NCBI GenBank assembly: GCA_032718475.1
Contig: JAUCBJ010004034.1
Location: 1 to 36,649, forward strand
Length of the DNA: 36,649 bases
From: Nemertoderma westbladi
Lineage: Eukaryota; Animalia; Xenacoelomorpha
Direction: 5' to 3'
Shown: positions 35,728 to 36,649 of the stretch, piece by piece
How positions within the stretch are numbered: position 1 is the stretch's first letter
How the letters are laid out: every line of letters begins with the position of its first letter
The notes under the pieces: model-generated
Told to the model about the DNA's origin: nothing
Seen by the model: only the letters and a program-made list of their open reading frames with translations
Database searches by the model: none
Position numbers and translations under genes: made by a program

Positions 35728-36649
35728 AATATATAATATATAACCCTTTTAGTACTGTAGAGACTACACAGCTACTAATATAGAATATATAACCCTTTTA
35801 GTACTGTAGAGACTACACAGCTACTAATATATAATATATAACCCTTTTAGTACTGTAGAGACTACACAGCTACTAATATAGAATATATAACCCTTTTAGT
35901 ACTGTAGAGACTACACAGCTACTAATATAGAATATATAACCCTTTTAGTACTGTAGAGACTACACAGCTACAAATATAGAAAATATAACCCTTTTAGTAC
36001 TGTAGAGACTACACAGCTACTAATATAGAAAATATAACCCTTTTAGTACTGTAGAGACTACACAGCTACTAATATAGAATATATAACCCTTTTAGTACTG
36101 TAGAGACTACACAGCTACTAATATAGAATATATAACCCTTTTAGTACTGTAGAGACTACACAGCTACAAATATAGAAAATATAACCCTTTTAGTACTGTA
36201 GAGACTACACAGCTACTAATATAGAAAATATAACCCTTTTAGTACTGTAGAGACTACACAGCTACTAATATAGAAAATATAACCCTTTTAGTACTGTAGA
36301 GACTACACAGCTACTAATATAGAATATATAACCCTTTTAGTACTGTAGAGACTACACAGCTACTAATATAGAATATATAACCCTTTTAGTACTGTAGAGA
36401 CTACACAGCTACTAATATAGAATATATAACCCTTTTAGTACTGTAGAGACTACACAGCTACAAATATAGAAAATATAACCCTTTTAGTACTGTAGAGACT
36501 ACACAGCTACAAATATAGAAAATATAACCCTTTTAGTACTGTAGAGACTACACAGCTACTAATATAGAAAATATAACCCTTTTAGTACTGTAGAGACTAC
36601 ACAGCTACTAATATAGAATATATAACCCTTTTAGTACTGTAGAGACTAC
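35728..36649. repeat. 49-bp AT-rich tandem satellite (~19 units, runs off the right edge), consensus AATATAGAATATATAACCCTTTTAGTACTGTAGAGACTACACAGCTACT
   Basis: AGACTACACA recurs at 35761 and 35810; very homogeneous; one AGTACT site per unit. Confidence 0.99.

Overview
Eukaryotic (probably invertebrate animal), repeat-dominated DNA; nothing prokaryotic (no CRISPR spacers, operons or retron). About 95% of the window is four tandem-repeat families: a 33-bp satellite (1-29295, roughly 900 units, with nested multi-kb higher-order duplications), a GC-rich 28-bp palindromic minisatellite (29599-30350, plus a short second copy at 35134-35250), a 48-bp satellite (30591-34060) and a 49-bp hairpin-containing satellite (35728-end). 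A 5'-truncated but stop-free RTE-clade non-LTR retrotransposon RT fragment (34061-35136) sits between the 48-bp array and the second 28-bp copy. The most important observation is absent from the ORF track: a 106-nt minus-strand coding exon at 29353-29458 (MVNIEYRRATLEDVDEIAELMKNSFAKEEPLSMSI-G). It has a good start context, a canonical AG|GTATGT donor and resembles the N-terminus of insect-type arylalkylamine N-acetyltransferase (GNAT) proteins. If real, the whole >=29-kb satellite lies inside its first intron and the 28-bp array lies in its proximal upstream region. The long repetitive ORFs in the track are translation artefacts of repeats. All family assignments are by eye; no database search was run.
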